A stretch of 49,209 nt of DNA, filler included, from Bipalium vagum (lineage: Eukaryota): the NCBI GenBank assembly GCA_037834085.1. It is 2 parts of 2 records of this genome, joined end to end, with 100 filler letters (N's around TTAATTAATTAA, not from the genome) between each part and the next. Parts side by side here need not be neighbours in the genome. Positions count along the whole stretch, not along the records: positions 1 to 28,276 come from JBBMKC010058960.1; 1 more part is not named here. One strand, given 5' to 3'. Position 1 is the stretch's first letter; each line of letters opens with the position of its first letter. The position numbers were made by a program, and so were the translations under genes. The notes beneath the pieces are model-generated. The model was not told the origin of the DNA. It saw nothing but the letters and a program-made list of their open reading frames with translations, and ran no database searches. Shown here piece by piece: positions 1 through 12,600 of the stretch.

Positions 1-194
1 GTTTCACTTCATAAGTTTCTTTATCTTTTCTAAATCTAAGTTTTATTATGAAAAAGGTGATCGTACGAATACTTTTTACAGGTATTGTAGATATATATTA
101 ATTTTTGTTTAAATAATATTTAAATGTTAACTGTTTTTTTAAATATAAAACGAAATTGTCCTGGTGTGGTCACCATGTTAGTTGAAAATTAATC

Positions 195-265
195 GGAGAT
201 ACCGGGATTCGAACCCGGGACCTTCACATGCGCATACACTGCTCTGATCGCTGATCTACCTCCCC
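195..265 (-). repeat. tRNA-Ala-derived pseudo-tRNA / SINE-type head, copy 1
   Basis: Minus strand GGGGAGGTAGATCAGCGATCAGAGCAGTGTATGCGCATGTGAAGGTCCCGGGTTCGAATCCCGGTATCTCC resembles eukaryotic tRNA-Ala (GGGGATG...CATCTCC); perfect B box and T arm, degenerate A box, mismatched acceptor stem, non-canonical anticodon arm. Confidence 0.75.
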
Positions 266-414
266 CGACTAATTTTGAATATATCTCACATCCCCCTCCT
301 ATAAACCTCACATTCATACCCTTAACCGCCCCGAGTCTCTTTAGTTCTATTTCCATTCAATTCCTTTACATTTTTACTTTCGAGACCTCGTCCGCTGGTT
401 GGTGTTAATTAATC

Positions 415-475
415 GGAGATACCGGGATTCGAACCCGGGATCTTCACATGAGCATACACTGCTCTGACCGCTGAG
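415..475 (-). repeat. tRNA-Ala-derived pseudo-tRNA / SINE-type head, copy 2 (5'-truncated)
   Basis: Near-identical to copy 1 at an offset of exactly 220 bp (AATTAATCGGAGATACCGGGATTCGAACCCGGGA in both); lacks the 5' acceptor strand. Confidence 0.7.
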
Positions 476-883
476 TTTTTATTTTCCCGGGGCGTTACTT
501 GGGTAAGCTCAAGAACTTAACATATTTTTATAAGCCAGTTGATAAATAATTATAATCATCTTCAGTTATAGAACCGCTTATTTTAGTTATGAAATCATTC
601 ATCTTAAAGTTTTTCTTATTTAATATTAAATTATCAATTTCATTATGATTAGTACCACTTATATTAGTGGTTCTCAACCAACGTGTAGCGGCACATTAGT
701 GTTCCGTGGAATGATTGCTGGTGTGCTGCGAACAGATATTAGTAAAAATTGTTTTCATAATATTCATTAATACTTAAGTGAGATATTTGGACATCTCAAT
801 AGTCTGAATATCAATATGTAAGGCAGAAATGAAAATGTTCTTGTGGCAACAGATAAATTAGTTACTATTAAGAAAACATTGTA

Positions 884-2151
884 TCAGGTTGAACGTAAAG
901 CTCTTGCCAAATTAAAAAAAAAATCAAAATCAAAAATTTTTTTAACAAAGATATTTAATCCAAAATATAGTTTCCATTATTTTCAAAAACTTGTCTCCAT
1001 CTACCTGGTAAACCATCGATACCCCTAGCAAAAAAATCTTCGGATTTTGACTCGAAGAAAGTCACAAGAGCCGATTTAACATCACTCGAATCAACGAATG
1101 ATCTCTGGCCCAGATAATTTTGCAAGGTACGAAATAAATAGTATTCCGAAGGAATAATGTCTGGCGAATATAGAGGGTGATTAAGAACTTCCCAACTCAG
1201 TTCATGTACCTTCCGATAGGTTTTGATTGTAAAGTGTGGCCTTGCATTGTCATGGTGTAGAATAACTCCCTTTCGATTGGCTAAATTAGGAAATTTATTT
1301 CGTATTTCATATGATAATCGTGTCAATTGTTCACAGTACAGATCGGCTACAATTGTTTCACCAGGAGGTAACAATTCGAAATATACAATTCCCTTGCGAT
1401 TCCACCAAATAGAAATCATGGTCTTTTTCGCATGGATATTCGGTTTTGATGTGGTAGGAACTGGTTCACCTGGTAAGACATAGACTCTTTTACGCGTGAC
1501 ATTACTGTGACGAATCCATTTTTCGTCTCCGGTTATCAATCTGCAAAAATGTATCGTTTTCATATCGTAAAAGGAGAGAAGAACATGCAAAAACACGATC
1601 CATTTTTTTTCTGTGAGATCATGAGGTACCCATTCAGACCATTTTTGAATAAATCCTAGTTTATGAATATTGGTTGTAATATCTGTTTGTGAAACCTGGA
1701 ATCTCTTCGCTAATTCTCTTGTAGTAGAAAATGAGTCTGCTCTTAATTCAGACTTCAAGATGGCATCATCAACAACAGAAGGCCTGTCTGAACGTGGTTT
1801 ATCTTCCAAGCTGAAATTTTCATTTTGGAATTTTTGAAACCAGAACAGAACTGTTCTTTTACAGTCTCCTTTCCGAATATCTCTTGAAAATTTCTGGTTG
1901 CCTCAGTCGTACTGTTCTTCTTCTGAAATTCGTGCAAGATACAGTGTTTTATATGTTCTTTGTCATAATTCATTTTAGCGTTAAAAAAATAGAAAGATAA
2001 TTCAGATAAACAAATGATTTTTTTATTAATATAATTTAATACATTACTCATCAAATGATAATATATAAGTTTATTGTAATGCATCAGGACATTTTTTATT
2101 TGAGTTATAACATAATATTAAAAATTGGCAAGAACTTTAAGTTCAACATAA
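884..2151 (-). mobile_element. Full-length mariner element (~1.27 kb), inactive
   Basis: Imperfect ~28-bp TIRs (TCAGGTTGAACGTAAAGCTCTTGCCAA vs rc TTATGTTGAACTTAAAGTTCTTGCCAA), TA at 882-883 and 2152-2153. Confidence 0.92.
955..1973 (-). pseudogene. Mariner transposase pseudogene
   Basis: MNYDKEHIKHCILHEFQ start at 1973; WVPHDL, ITGDEKW, HHDNARPH, YSPDIIPSEY motifs; frameshift near 1850 and a compensating pair near 1540-1605. Confidence 0.9.
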
Positions 2152-2506
2152 TAATATGGAAGAAAAGAATGATGGTAACAGATTTGGATCGTTTCCATCA
2201 ATTAGTAAAAGTTAGAAGTACGCTGAACTACCATTAGACGCCTTCTGGATTTCTGTTATGAAAGATTATTCAACTCTTAGTAAAGAGGCAATCAAAGGCT
2301 TACTGCAATTCTCAACTTCGTACCTATGTGAACTGGAATTTTTTTAACTAAAAAAAATTAAAAATAAAAACTGTGAAAGACTTAAAACAGTTGAAGAAGA
2401 GTTAAGAGTATTTCTCTATCATATTCGCTCACAAATTGCGCATAGTAGAGAAGCACCAAGTACAACTCTCCCACTGATATTCACCATCATTATTCTATAC
2501 CCGGTA

Positions 2507-4358
2507 CAGTGAAACCCGTTTAATATCACGTCGGATAATATCATGTCATGGTGCACTAAAAACCAATTGCCAATCGGTATCTAAATTTAATGTATTAAAC
2601 TGTTTTATATCACCTCGGTTAATGGTAAAATACGGGATAATATCACGAAAATTTGCTACAGTTTATGTATTAAAACCTGATTATATCACCTTTTTCTTAT
2701 TGTTTTAAAAATACTTATTTGGAATAATTTTTAATTAATTAAATCATACAAGTTCATTAACTTTTGTTAATTTATTTAATATTTAATAATTTATGATTTT
2801 AGTCTTAAAATGACTTTAAAAAGAAAACGTACAGACATTAAATATGAAAAAATAGAAATTATTGCGTCCTGTAACAATTTGACAAAATATTTTTTTCAGC
2901 AGTTGAAAAGAAATTTAATGTTGATCAACAGTAAGTAAGATATTTAAAAATGAAGATAAATTAGCGGAATTAATTTAAAACGCTAGTGCCTTGGTGCTTT
3001 GGCTGTTAATTTGCTCATTAGTGGTGAAGTTTTGCACATAAAAGCTGATCAATATTCCAGGGATTTAAATATTAATGATTTTTCTGCTATTAATGATTGA
3101 CTTGAAAGATAAAAAAAAGCAGCGATATAGTCTATAAAAGATATCATGGGGAAATAGTTGATGCAAATTATTCAGTTGCCAGTCAATGTAAACCAGATAT
3201 ATATAAAACTCAGATGAAGCAGGAATTTGGAATTGTCTGGTGGAAAAATGTCTAAGAATCGCAAAACAGTGATGACCTGTGCTAGCATGCATAGTGAAAA
3301 ACGCCCTCTTTTGGTGATTGGTAAATGAAAAAACCAAGTCTTTTCTTGGTATAAAGGAATTTCCTACTTCTTACCATAATAACGGTAATGCGTGGATGAC
3401 TTCTGACATTTTGAAAGTTGGCTTCCTCGTCAAAATGATGCGGAAATTTCTTTAAGCAAACTGAAATGTGTTCTAATTATAAATAATTGCTCTTTACATG
3501 CCAAATTTATACTACTACTTTTCATTGAGTTAGTATTTTTACCTCTAAATGTCACTGCCTTGATTCAGCTTTGTGATCAAGAAATAATGCATAACCTGAA
3601 TTGTAATTATCGGCGTCTATTCATCATTAAGCTGTTTGCAATTTCGATTCTATAGAAAATATTTCTGCAATTAAATTTTCGTAAAATCGATTTATTGTCT
3701 TTTCGTTTGCTAAAAGAATCGTGGGAAATAATTAACAGTAACACTATTCAAAACTGCTTCCGAAAATCCGGATTATGTCGTAATAATGACAAGACATCAC
3801 CAGATACTCCAAGTACATTTAATGCAAATGACCTGGACTTTGATTTTGAAAGTTATGTTAATATTGATCGAGCTATAGTGTGCGTAGACCATTTGAAAAT
3901 GCAGCTATTGTAGCAGCTGTTCTAGAAAAGAAGAGTAAAACTGTTAAAAATGTGTCTGATGACAACGATTCAGAATCAGAAACTTCTACGACAAATATCA
4001 CCAAACAAGTAGCTTTAGAATCTTTAAAAAATATTCAAAAATTTTTGTCAAAGAGTGGATTATCGGATTGGAAACACTTTAATCAAATAGAAAATCAAAT
4101 TCATCAAACGATTTTGAAAAATGCCATAAAAACAAGCCAGTTAACACTTGATAAGTGCTTTCAGATGTCTTAATAAAATTTAGTTTCTTTTATAATTTTT
4201 CTTCACAGTATCAGTTAGTATCAAAAAACACAACATTAGCCTTATATCGGTTATTATCCCGAAACATGATATTGACCGTTGTCCTGTTAATATCATGACC
4301 CACTTATTATCATTGTTTTCTGTGGAAAGGATGACATGGTATTAAGCGGGTTCGACTG
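2507..4358 (+). mobile_element. pogo/Tigger (CENP-B-like DDE) transposon, decayed
   Basis: TIRs CAGTGAAACCCGTTTAATATCA / rc CAGTCGAACCCGCTTAATACCA; TA at 2505-2506; subterminal ATATCAC repeats; relic peptides MTLKRKR (2810), NGNAWMTSDI, LVFLPLNVTALIQLCDQ, SWEIINSNTIQNCFRKSG, ending QLTLDKCFQMS* (4173). Confidence 0.88.
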
Positions 4359-4760
4359 TGCTGTGTTTTTGACATGAATTTTATGTAAATAAAATTTTCC
4401 TTATTTGATCTTCTTTGTTTTATATAGGAAAAAGTCTGAGTTGAAAATATTTATTTTTAGTGATAGGTGTGTCGCAAAAATTTTTAGAACTCAATAATGT
4501 GCTGCGATGTCAAAAAAGTTGGAAACCACTGTTCTTTTGGATTGGATTTGCAACTTAAATATTCTATATATTGATAATAAATCCATTTTTATCAATTTTA
4601 AAAAATTTACTGAAATATTATTTTGCTTATTAAATTTTTTAATATAACTTATTTTTATTGGAAAATTAATATTTGATAAACTTAATTCATTTATATATAT
4701 TTTTCATAATTGAGAACTCTGTCAGAATGATTTTCTGTTGGATTTAAATATGCTAATATA

Positions 4761-5303
4761 CAGTGCGCGTAAAAAGTCTGTTCACCTCCTATAAAAAATA
4801 CTAATTTTAATTGAAAAGAATATTTTAAACAACGAAATTTATTAAATGAACAAGTCTTAATATTGAATAGGATATCCCTTTGATTTTTTGACCAATTGTA
4901 ATCTTTTGGGCATTGAGTTCACAAATTTCTGGCACGTGTTACGAGAAAGGTTGTACAATTTGTTTTGTATCTCATTTCACAAATCTTCAAAACAATTATG
5001 CTTTTTTGACTTAGTTGACGTTTAAGGATACCCCAGATATTTTCTATGGGATTCAGGCTAGGAGAATTACCTGGCCAAGGTATGACTTCAATATTTTTAT
5101 TTTTTAGGAAAGCCTGAGTACTTTTGGCCTTATGAGGAGGAGCAAATCTTGTTGAAAAACAAATGCTGCTTTTGGAAAAACTAAGCATTTGCCAACTATA
5201 TCTAAGTCATGAAATATGTCTTTTTGATATCTCTCGGCATTCATATTTCCATTGATTTTTTTTAGAAGTCCAACTCCATTACTACTGAAGCAACCCCAGG
5301 CAT
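4761..5303 (-). mobile_element. Tc1-like element, 3' fragment
   Basis: TA|CAGTGCGCGTAAAAAGT terminus; relic peptides WGCFSSNGVG, APPHKAKST, WPGNSPSLNPIENIWGILK, SMPKRLQLV. Confidence 0.85.
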
Positions 5304-5459
5304 GTTTTTAATATTACTGTATATCTTATATATGATGATATTAAATTTTGATATTTAAATAAATCTAATTGTATTGATATTATTTTGTCAATTTTTCACC
5401 CAGATTTTTCTTGTTCTTTATCTTTAATATGATTATAATATTTCTAAGTCCAATGAAAC

Positions 5460-5655
5460 TGTATTATTGTACTAAATGTGGTCAATTATTTACTGCTAAA
5501 AAGTAATGTGTGGAAATCGAAACAATATATCAAAAACATAAGTGCATCTTTCCTGCTTTGTTCTCTAGAAAAGGCCCATTGCTTCTCCACAATAACGCAA
5601 AATCACCAGTCGCGCAATAAGCCGTAAAAAAACTTAAACGGGATTGATATTGAAA
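5460..5655 (+). mobile_element. Mariner transposase internal relic
   Basis: Translates to FTAKK*CVEIETIYQK...PALFSRKGPLLLHNNAK, matching the mariner '[14 protein letters not shown]' segment. Confidence 0.6.
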
Positions 5656-6689
5656 TTTAATTTATCAAAATATTATAAGATTTTAAGAAAAATGTTTTTT
5701 TTTACTATTTTTCATTAAAATTTCATGTGATACCAAAAATTATTGCTATCGTTGTAAAATAATGATAAAATTAAAAAATTGTAATTTCAACACAATATTT
5801 AAACAAATCACATATATATGACCAAGGTTAAGGGAATTTAAATATTATTATGAGAATGTATAAAAATTCAAGTAAACGAAAAATAGATAAAGAAATCATT
5901 TAAAGTAAAAATTTATTTTTAAAATTTAAGATTCCCTTTTGGTCGCATTTATGATTAAACATACTTACAATTTTTGAGTTATTTATTATTTGTCGATTAA
6001 TTATTTGACATTGAAATTTATTGAAAAATATTATGCAATCTTGTCATTGCTGTGTTAGGAGAGCAATAAAATTTATTGCCTTACTGCGTGAATTATTGCC
6101 TATAAGATTATTATTGAACCTAACATTGATAAAGTGAGTCACATAATAAACCTTGGTTAATATAAACTATTAATATTAATGCAGCATATTTATTGCATTG
6201 GCAACACGACAGGAAAGTTTCTATTTACACATTTAAACGTGAATTGTGGTTTTGTCATGGGATCAAATAAAATTTTGTTTTCTTACTGTTATTTTTTATG
6301 AATAATTGATTGGAATAAGAAAACATTCATTACTAAGGAGTCCGACTGATTATCCAGGAGTCTCATAAATCAAAATTGTATTTCTAACAAATAAAAAATG
6401 ATCACCAATAATGTCAATACTTATAAAATCAATAAAAGTAAAAATGTACAATAAAGTGTTGTAATACGCTTTGAAAAAATTAAAGACATTGATTCAAGTC
6501 TCATAAAATCAATATTCATCGTCAAATTCATGAAAGCTCTCTTCTCAGCGACAAACAAATCTTTAAATTTTAAAATTACAACTCTAATTAAAGCATCTAT
6601 CACATTTGATATGACTGCGAGGAAAAGAGTGGAATAAATGACTTTGATTCTCAAAAGTAAAATAAAATATATCTTGCATTTTATATTGG

Positions 6690-9600
6690 CTATTTTTTCG
6701 ATGTTAAATGGGATTCTGGACTGAGGTCTCTTGAGTGGGGCTGAGTTGATGCCTTACTGCTGTGCTGGCTTGTTTGTCTGGAAGGGATTCCTAAAGAAGT
6801 TATAAAAAATGAATTAAGTTTCCGATCGCCTATAATCAAGTCACTTGATCTTCGCTGTGGTGCTGGTGCAGAACTGGCAGCACTAGTCTGTGTTTTCGTA
6901 GTTGTGACAGGTTTTGGTGTTCTAGGCGTGGTAACTTTTGGGATGACCAACTTTTTCTGCGGGGGGCCTGTAGAGGTCGATTTGAATTTGAAAGGGGCCA
7001 TAGTGCTAACGGCGCCTTTAGGCTGGGGTAATTTTTCCCGAAGCTCGTAGTTTGTTCTTCCTTTTGCTGAAAAATGAAAGAAAAAAATTACAAAACGATA
7101 GACAGAACAGTTTGAAAAATAAATACAACAACCAGTGGATACAAATTCGATAAAATTGAAACTACAATCAATGTTAAAGGGGAACAGACACCGAAATCAA
7201 AAACAACGAAAAATGGTGCACGACCATATACCTTCAAGCAATTCCAAGCTATTCATGGAAAAGTGACAAATGCATTCACAATTCCGCGAGCTTATTACTA
7301 CAATTAACAAAATATTGATATTTCAATTGATTATGAGAACACAATCCAAGAATTTATTATCAATTATCAATATATTGACTGTATTATTCAAGTGGATTAC
7401 CATATCCCACTTCATGCAAAAATAAATAAAAGATCAAGATAAAAATCGAATTTTTTCCAATATTCGATTTTTTTAATGTAATTAATCAGGCTCAAAATAT
7501 ATACAGATTATTTACAAATTAGATGATTACATTGCATGGGGTACATATCAAGCCTCGTTGAAGAGATTTAATTGGATATGAATCAACCTTCCTAAGGTCT
7601 GAAACGATTATTTATCATTTGTTATTAATGAAAATGGTAAATTGATAGAAATCAAGTAAAAAATGAAAATAAGAAATAAATAAATAAAAATTTAAATATG
7701 AAAGATAGTAATTAATAGTTATTTAATGAAATTTAATAATGGTGATTAAATGATTGTTAATAAATTTTTAAAATAATTAAAAAAATGATTAAATAATATA
7801 ATAATTATGATAATAATAATATTTAATAACATTTAATTATATCCAATCTAAAAATCAAAATCATAAAGCGCATAATTGTAATTATATAATCAATTCCATC
7901 ACCAATTAAATGAGGGATTCTGAAATCAGAACTTAATCGTAAAACTTACAATTTTGAACGTGATCACTGCTATAAGAAGATTCTGGGACAAACGACTCTA
8001 TATTATCGAAAGCCATTTATTTAGTAAAAATATAATTCACATAAATAATTAAGACTTATTATTATTATTAACTGAAAATATTAAATCAATATAAATTTTT
8101 TTCTGAATTAGTCTGAGATTTAATTATTTTATCAATATTTTGTGTTATACTTAAATATAAAATCAATTTTCATAAACTAAGTTCAAATTAATGATTTCAG
8201 CGTGTAATATAAAATGTCTGGCAAAATGAATTTAATTTTAATTCATATATTTTAATAGAAAAAGATTTTCACTTAAGATGAAAAGAAAAGATTAATCAGA
8301 ATTTAAATATATTAAATATCAATAATCTTAAATTATAAAATTATATTAATTTTTAATTTAACCAATTAAAATTTATACAACAGCATAAAGAAAAATATTG
8401 ATTAATTAAAATATATTTTATTTATTTAGTTAATGATCAAATTTATTAATAATTATATTATTTGTTTGTGACTTGAAAAAACTTTCAATATTTGAGATAA
8501 TATATTTAAAAACTAATTAAATTAGTTATATTCTAATGTAGACATTTTTTGATTTTCTGCTGTGACTCTAAAAACAACTATTTAAACAAATTCTATTTTT
8601 AAATAACCACTTCAAACTGTTATTTTTATTATTAATTACAAAAAAAATTTAAATTAAAGAATTTAATAATTTTAGAAATTTTAATTTGAAAATCCAATTT
8701 ATAACATTTTAATATCAAATTTAAAAACTTAATTTAATATACGTTATTATAAATAGGGTCTTTATTTAAAATAAATTCATTCAAAACAATATTTCAAACC
8801 ACTCCTTATAAAAATATTATTAAAATTATTATTTTATGTTAATTTTATTAGTTTTTTATGAATAAAATTCATTTATCAGTATACATTTTTAAAAATAAGT
8901 CAACTAGATCGAATGCGATTAATATATACCTCTGCAAGGATCATGTTTCACCAAGAATTCATCTAAAGCGCACCAACCACCTCCTATTCGGACCATAACA
9001 TTACTACGTAAAATTCTTACAAGACGCAACTTTTCTGTATCGCCAAACTGAAACGCATAGTTATGTTCAAGAGGTTTTGCAAAGGCTAAAACGATTTACT
9101 TTATATTTTCCATCGCCACATTGAGTTATTTTAAAAGGATTGTTACATGTACATTTGGAAATTTGCTTTTTTACTTCATCATGTATAATTTCGTTTTCTG
9201 TGCCCGGTTTTGTCTGATACGTTTCACGTTCAGGTCGCAGTGCAGCCAAGAACTGACGATAATCAATATAACCGGATTTGCGTTTGTCAAAGATATCGGC
9301 CACTACCTCCATTTCAACCCGAGTAGTTTGGAACTCTAAAGAAGAATTTTTTATTCTAGTAGATAATTCCAGTTGGAAATTAACAACATCATCCAGGCAA
9401 GTCTTTTGAAGCAAAATGTCAATGCAAATACCAGCGAACGTTTACAGTAAATTAGGTGAACATCAAAAAAAGAAAATTCTATATCGAAGAGACAATATTA
9501 TTTATGTCAAACATGCGTCTAAAAAAGATTATCCAAATATATTTTCCATGCCTTATTAATGGATTTTCACTTACTTGAAAAAATATGGCGGCATATTTCT

Positions 9601-12600
9601 AAATATTTTTATCGAAATTAGGTTGGGTTAAGAAAAATAAAATTTTTAGATTTCAAGAATCGAATCAATAAATAAATACAAAATTAAAAAAAATTAATAT
9701 TGATCATATTTCGCTAATAATTGGAAAACACATACATTAAATGATAAAATACACTCAAAATGTCTCGAAACTTAAAATTTCTTTCACTATTTCTGACGGC
9801 CAATACAGTTATAACAAATCTTTCTCTCATGTTTTTAAAGATTATTATATCCAGAAATATTGTCTCAATTCTCTGATTCCAAGTTTATTATTGGACAAAC
9901 AATTTTCATTAATATTATTGGCCCATTTAAAAATAAAACAGCCAATAGAACAATCAAAAACAAAGTTAAAAATATTCAAGAATAATCACAAAAATAATAA
10001 TGGTAACCAAAGTATTGTGAAAGAATTTTTAAATCGATTTTGGAAAGAATTAAATGGAAAAGTATTTTAGCGAAGTCAAAGATTAAGAAATTTAAACAAG
10101 ATAAGAAGGAAAAAGAATTTTAAAAATAAGATGGAGTTTAGAAAATCAAACTGGCAAAATTTATTAATAATAATTAGTCAAAATCAATTATTATTTTTTT
10201 CCATAATGAAAAAAGGAAAAAGAAAAGCTCGAATTATATTTTTCTCTTATTATTAAAATGTATTGTTTTCAAAATTATTTTATGGTTAAAATTGTAAGAA
10301 ATTCGAGGATGTGAACAGATAAAATCTCTTTAAATCATTAAATTTAAATAATCTATAAAAATTCAATCTTTTTTAAAACAAAATCCAAATTTTCTTATGT
10401 AAAACAGAAATTTTAAAAAGATTGCTCTCTAAAATCTCTCAAGACAAATTACCAAGTAGTTATCGATTTTAAAATATTGCAGCTATATTTTGGTAACATT
10501 CTCGGTTCAGATAAAAAAATTATTGAAAAAACTCAATTAATATTCAATAATACTTCACCAATCAATATGAAGAGAAAAAAAATACTTGAATCAATGATTC
10601 CATCAATAAATTCTTTGCGAGTAACCCGACCATCGTGATCGGTATCTTGTCTCCGGAAGAAGTCCATCACTCTCGATTTACTGTGATTCATCCATGACAT
10701 GTATCGCCGCCGCCAATCATCAAAATTAAAGTGCTTCATGTTCTCCACTTCCTTCAGATACTCAATGTGATCCAGAAGCCGTTTCCTGCGATTCAAAATC
10801 ATGAACCACACTTGTTTCCATTTCGAGTGAAGCTGATTGACTTTCGGATTAACAAAAAGTGCATCTTGCATTTTATTTTGACTCTGAGTTAATTCAAAAT
10901 CTCTGCGCCTAAAGATATGAAAACCAAAAAAGTCATTGTTAATCCATTATATGAAACGAATGGTCATTATATGGTCGAAACTCATTGATTTTTTATTACC
11001 TGTTTCTGTCCGAGACTATTGGTGACAATAAAGCGGTCTTTTTTCTAGAATTTGTGACAATTTCATCGTGTTCCTTTTGTCTTAGAGTCATATCATTAAT
11101 GAATCTTTCATGTTCGTCGTATTGAAATCTGGCTTCCACCAAGGAGCAGGGATTTTCTCGATTTTCCGAAGCTATTAAAGTTCCTTCGGCAGTTGCTAAC
11201 CACAACAGGAGATCGTCTAGAAGAATTTTTCTTTCATTCAGTTTGCGTAAGTGTTCTTTCAAAATCTGACTGCGTCTGTCCGACCAACCAAGCAACTGCA
11301 ATTAGCCAATGTTATCTTCAATGGAGATCATGTAGTCATAGTATTATTACTTCAGACCATTCAGATTTGATTATGTTAATATAATGTTTAATATGATTTT
11401 CTCCATCTGGATGAACGTTGGCCAAGATCTCATGACCTAATTGCTGGAAATTATTGATTTTTATTTCACTGCCCAAAAGATTTTGATGGAACTTCTCGTG
11501 ATTTTCGATCATGGATAAAATTACATCATCTCTTTCTTCTTCGGGATTGATGGTAAATTGTCTGAGTTCATGATCCGATTTTGTGATAAAATTTTTCAAA
11601 GCATTCCATTCCGATTCCATTTGGAGAGCCTTAACATTAAAACGACATTTCATTTATCTACGTTAATGTATGCCAATAAAATCTCACTTGTATCCGAGCT
11701 TCTTCTAAGCGTTCTCGACGAAGAGTGGCTAAATTGTTAATATTGGTCCACGCGGATTTTAATTCAGCCAATTGATTTTCAATAACCGTCGAGTCTTCTC
11801 CAGATTTGACCATTAATGTCATTGCGTCTGTATTGATTTTTGTTACCATGTTATCTCTGTCTCGTAACTGCTTTTCAAGGATTGAATGTTCAATTATTAA
11901 ATTCTAAGAAACATAAACATTAATAGCTGACATTGAGAATGTTGAGTCGTTTTACTTGAACAGTATTAATGTCGCCACAATAACCAATAGTAGAATCGTT
12001 CAACTTTGGTTCTATTGAATGTAACCAAGACAGAAGATTGTCCATTGCATCCTTATAATTACCAGATAAAAGTAAAGCGTCATTTAATGCCTTTTCTCTG
12101 AAAGAATCAAATTAACTAATATCCCATAAAAAATTTCAAACCTGTCTATTGATTTATTACACAAATTTTGCCATTTCATTTGGAGATTATGTACAATCTC
12201 ATCAATCTTTTTACATTCCTGAATAGGTGCTTTATCTCTGAGTTGATATCCGAGTCGTCGAGTTGCATCGTAGGTCAAATTATGTTCACCAAGGCTACAG
12301 TGAAACTCTTTGTGTTTAGCTATTTGTTCTCGTATTTTTTCCGATGTTTGACCAATCGAACTGTCCTGTTCTAAGATTTCCAACTTACGAGAAATATCTT
12401 CCAATAAATTTTTATTCATATCCTCAAAACGTTTGGCTTCTTTGTATCCATAATCCAAGTTTCTTGATCTTTCTGAACTTCTAGAAACGACTTTTTCCCA
12501 ACGATGATGGATACTACTCATTAAATTTCGGATTAAAACAATATCATGCTTTTGACTAATATATTTGAGATGGGTTGCCACTTTATCCAAATTTAACATC

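Larger units (their letters stand above)
665..4531 (+). mobile_element. hAT (Buster/Charlie-type) DNA transposon remnant, internally deleted, hosting two nested elements
   Basis: TIRs TAGTGGTTCTCAAC (665) and GTTGGAAACCACTG (ends 4531); hATC C-terminal relic at ~2215-2477: LPLDAFWISVMKDYSTLSKEAIKGLLQFSTSYLCELEFF*LKKIKNK..EEELRVFL...QVQLSH*. No 8-bp TSD match seen. Confidence 0.85.

Noticed and set aside
195-265. Functional tRNA-Ala gene
   Set aside because: Anticodon arm does not pair canonically, acceptor stem mismatched, A box degenerate.
375-400. Hammerhead ribozyme (CGGACGAG-GTCT-CGAAA on the minus strand)
   Set aside because: Core is CGGA rather than CUGA and no stem III or cleavage triplet follows GAAA.
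657-4539. 8-bp target-site duplication for the hAT element
   Set aside because: Flanks ACTTATAT and TTCTTTTG do not match, so the two TIRs could also come from different copies.
7232-7248. 17-nt AG/GT segment in the post-GAR intron
   Set aside because: Not a multiple of 3; the longer upstream-acceptor version hits a stop.
9741-10070. 109-aa ORF and other short AT-rich ORFs (6421, 30779, 41142, 41221, 45268)
   Set aside because: Low-complexity I/K/N/F composition, no motifs; expected by chance.
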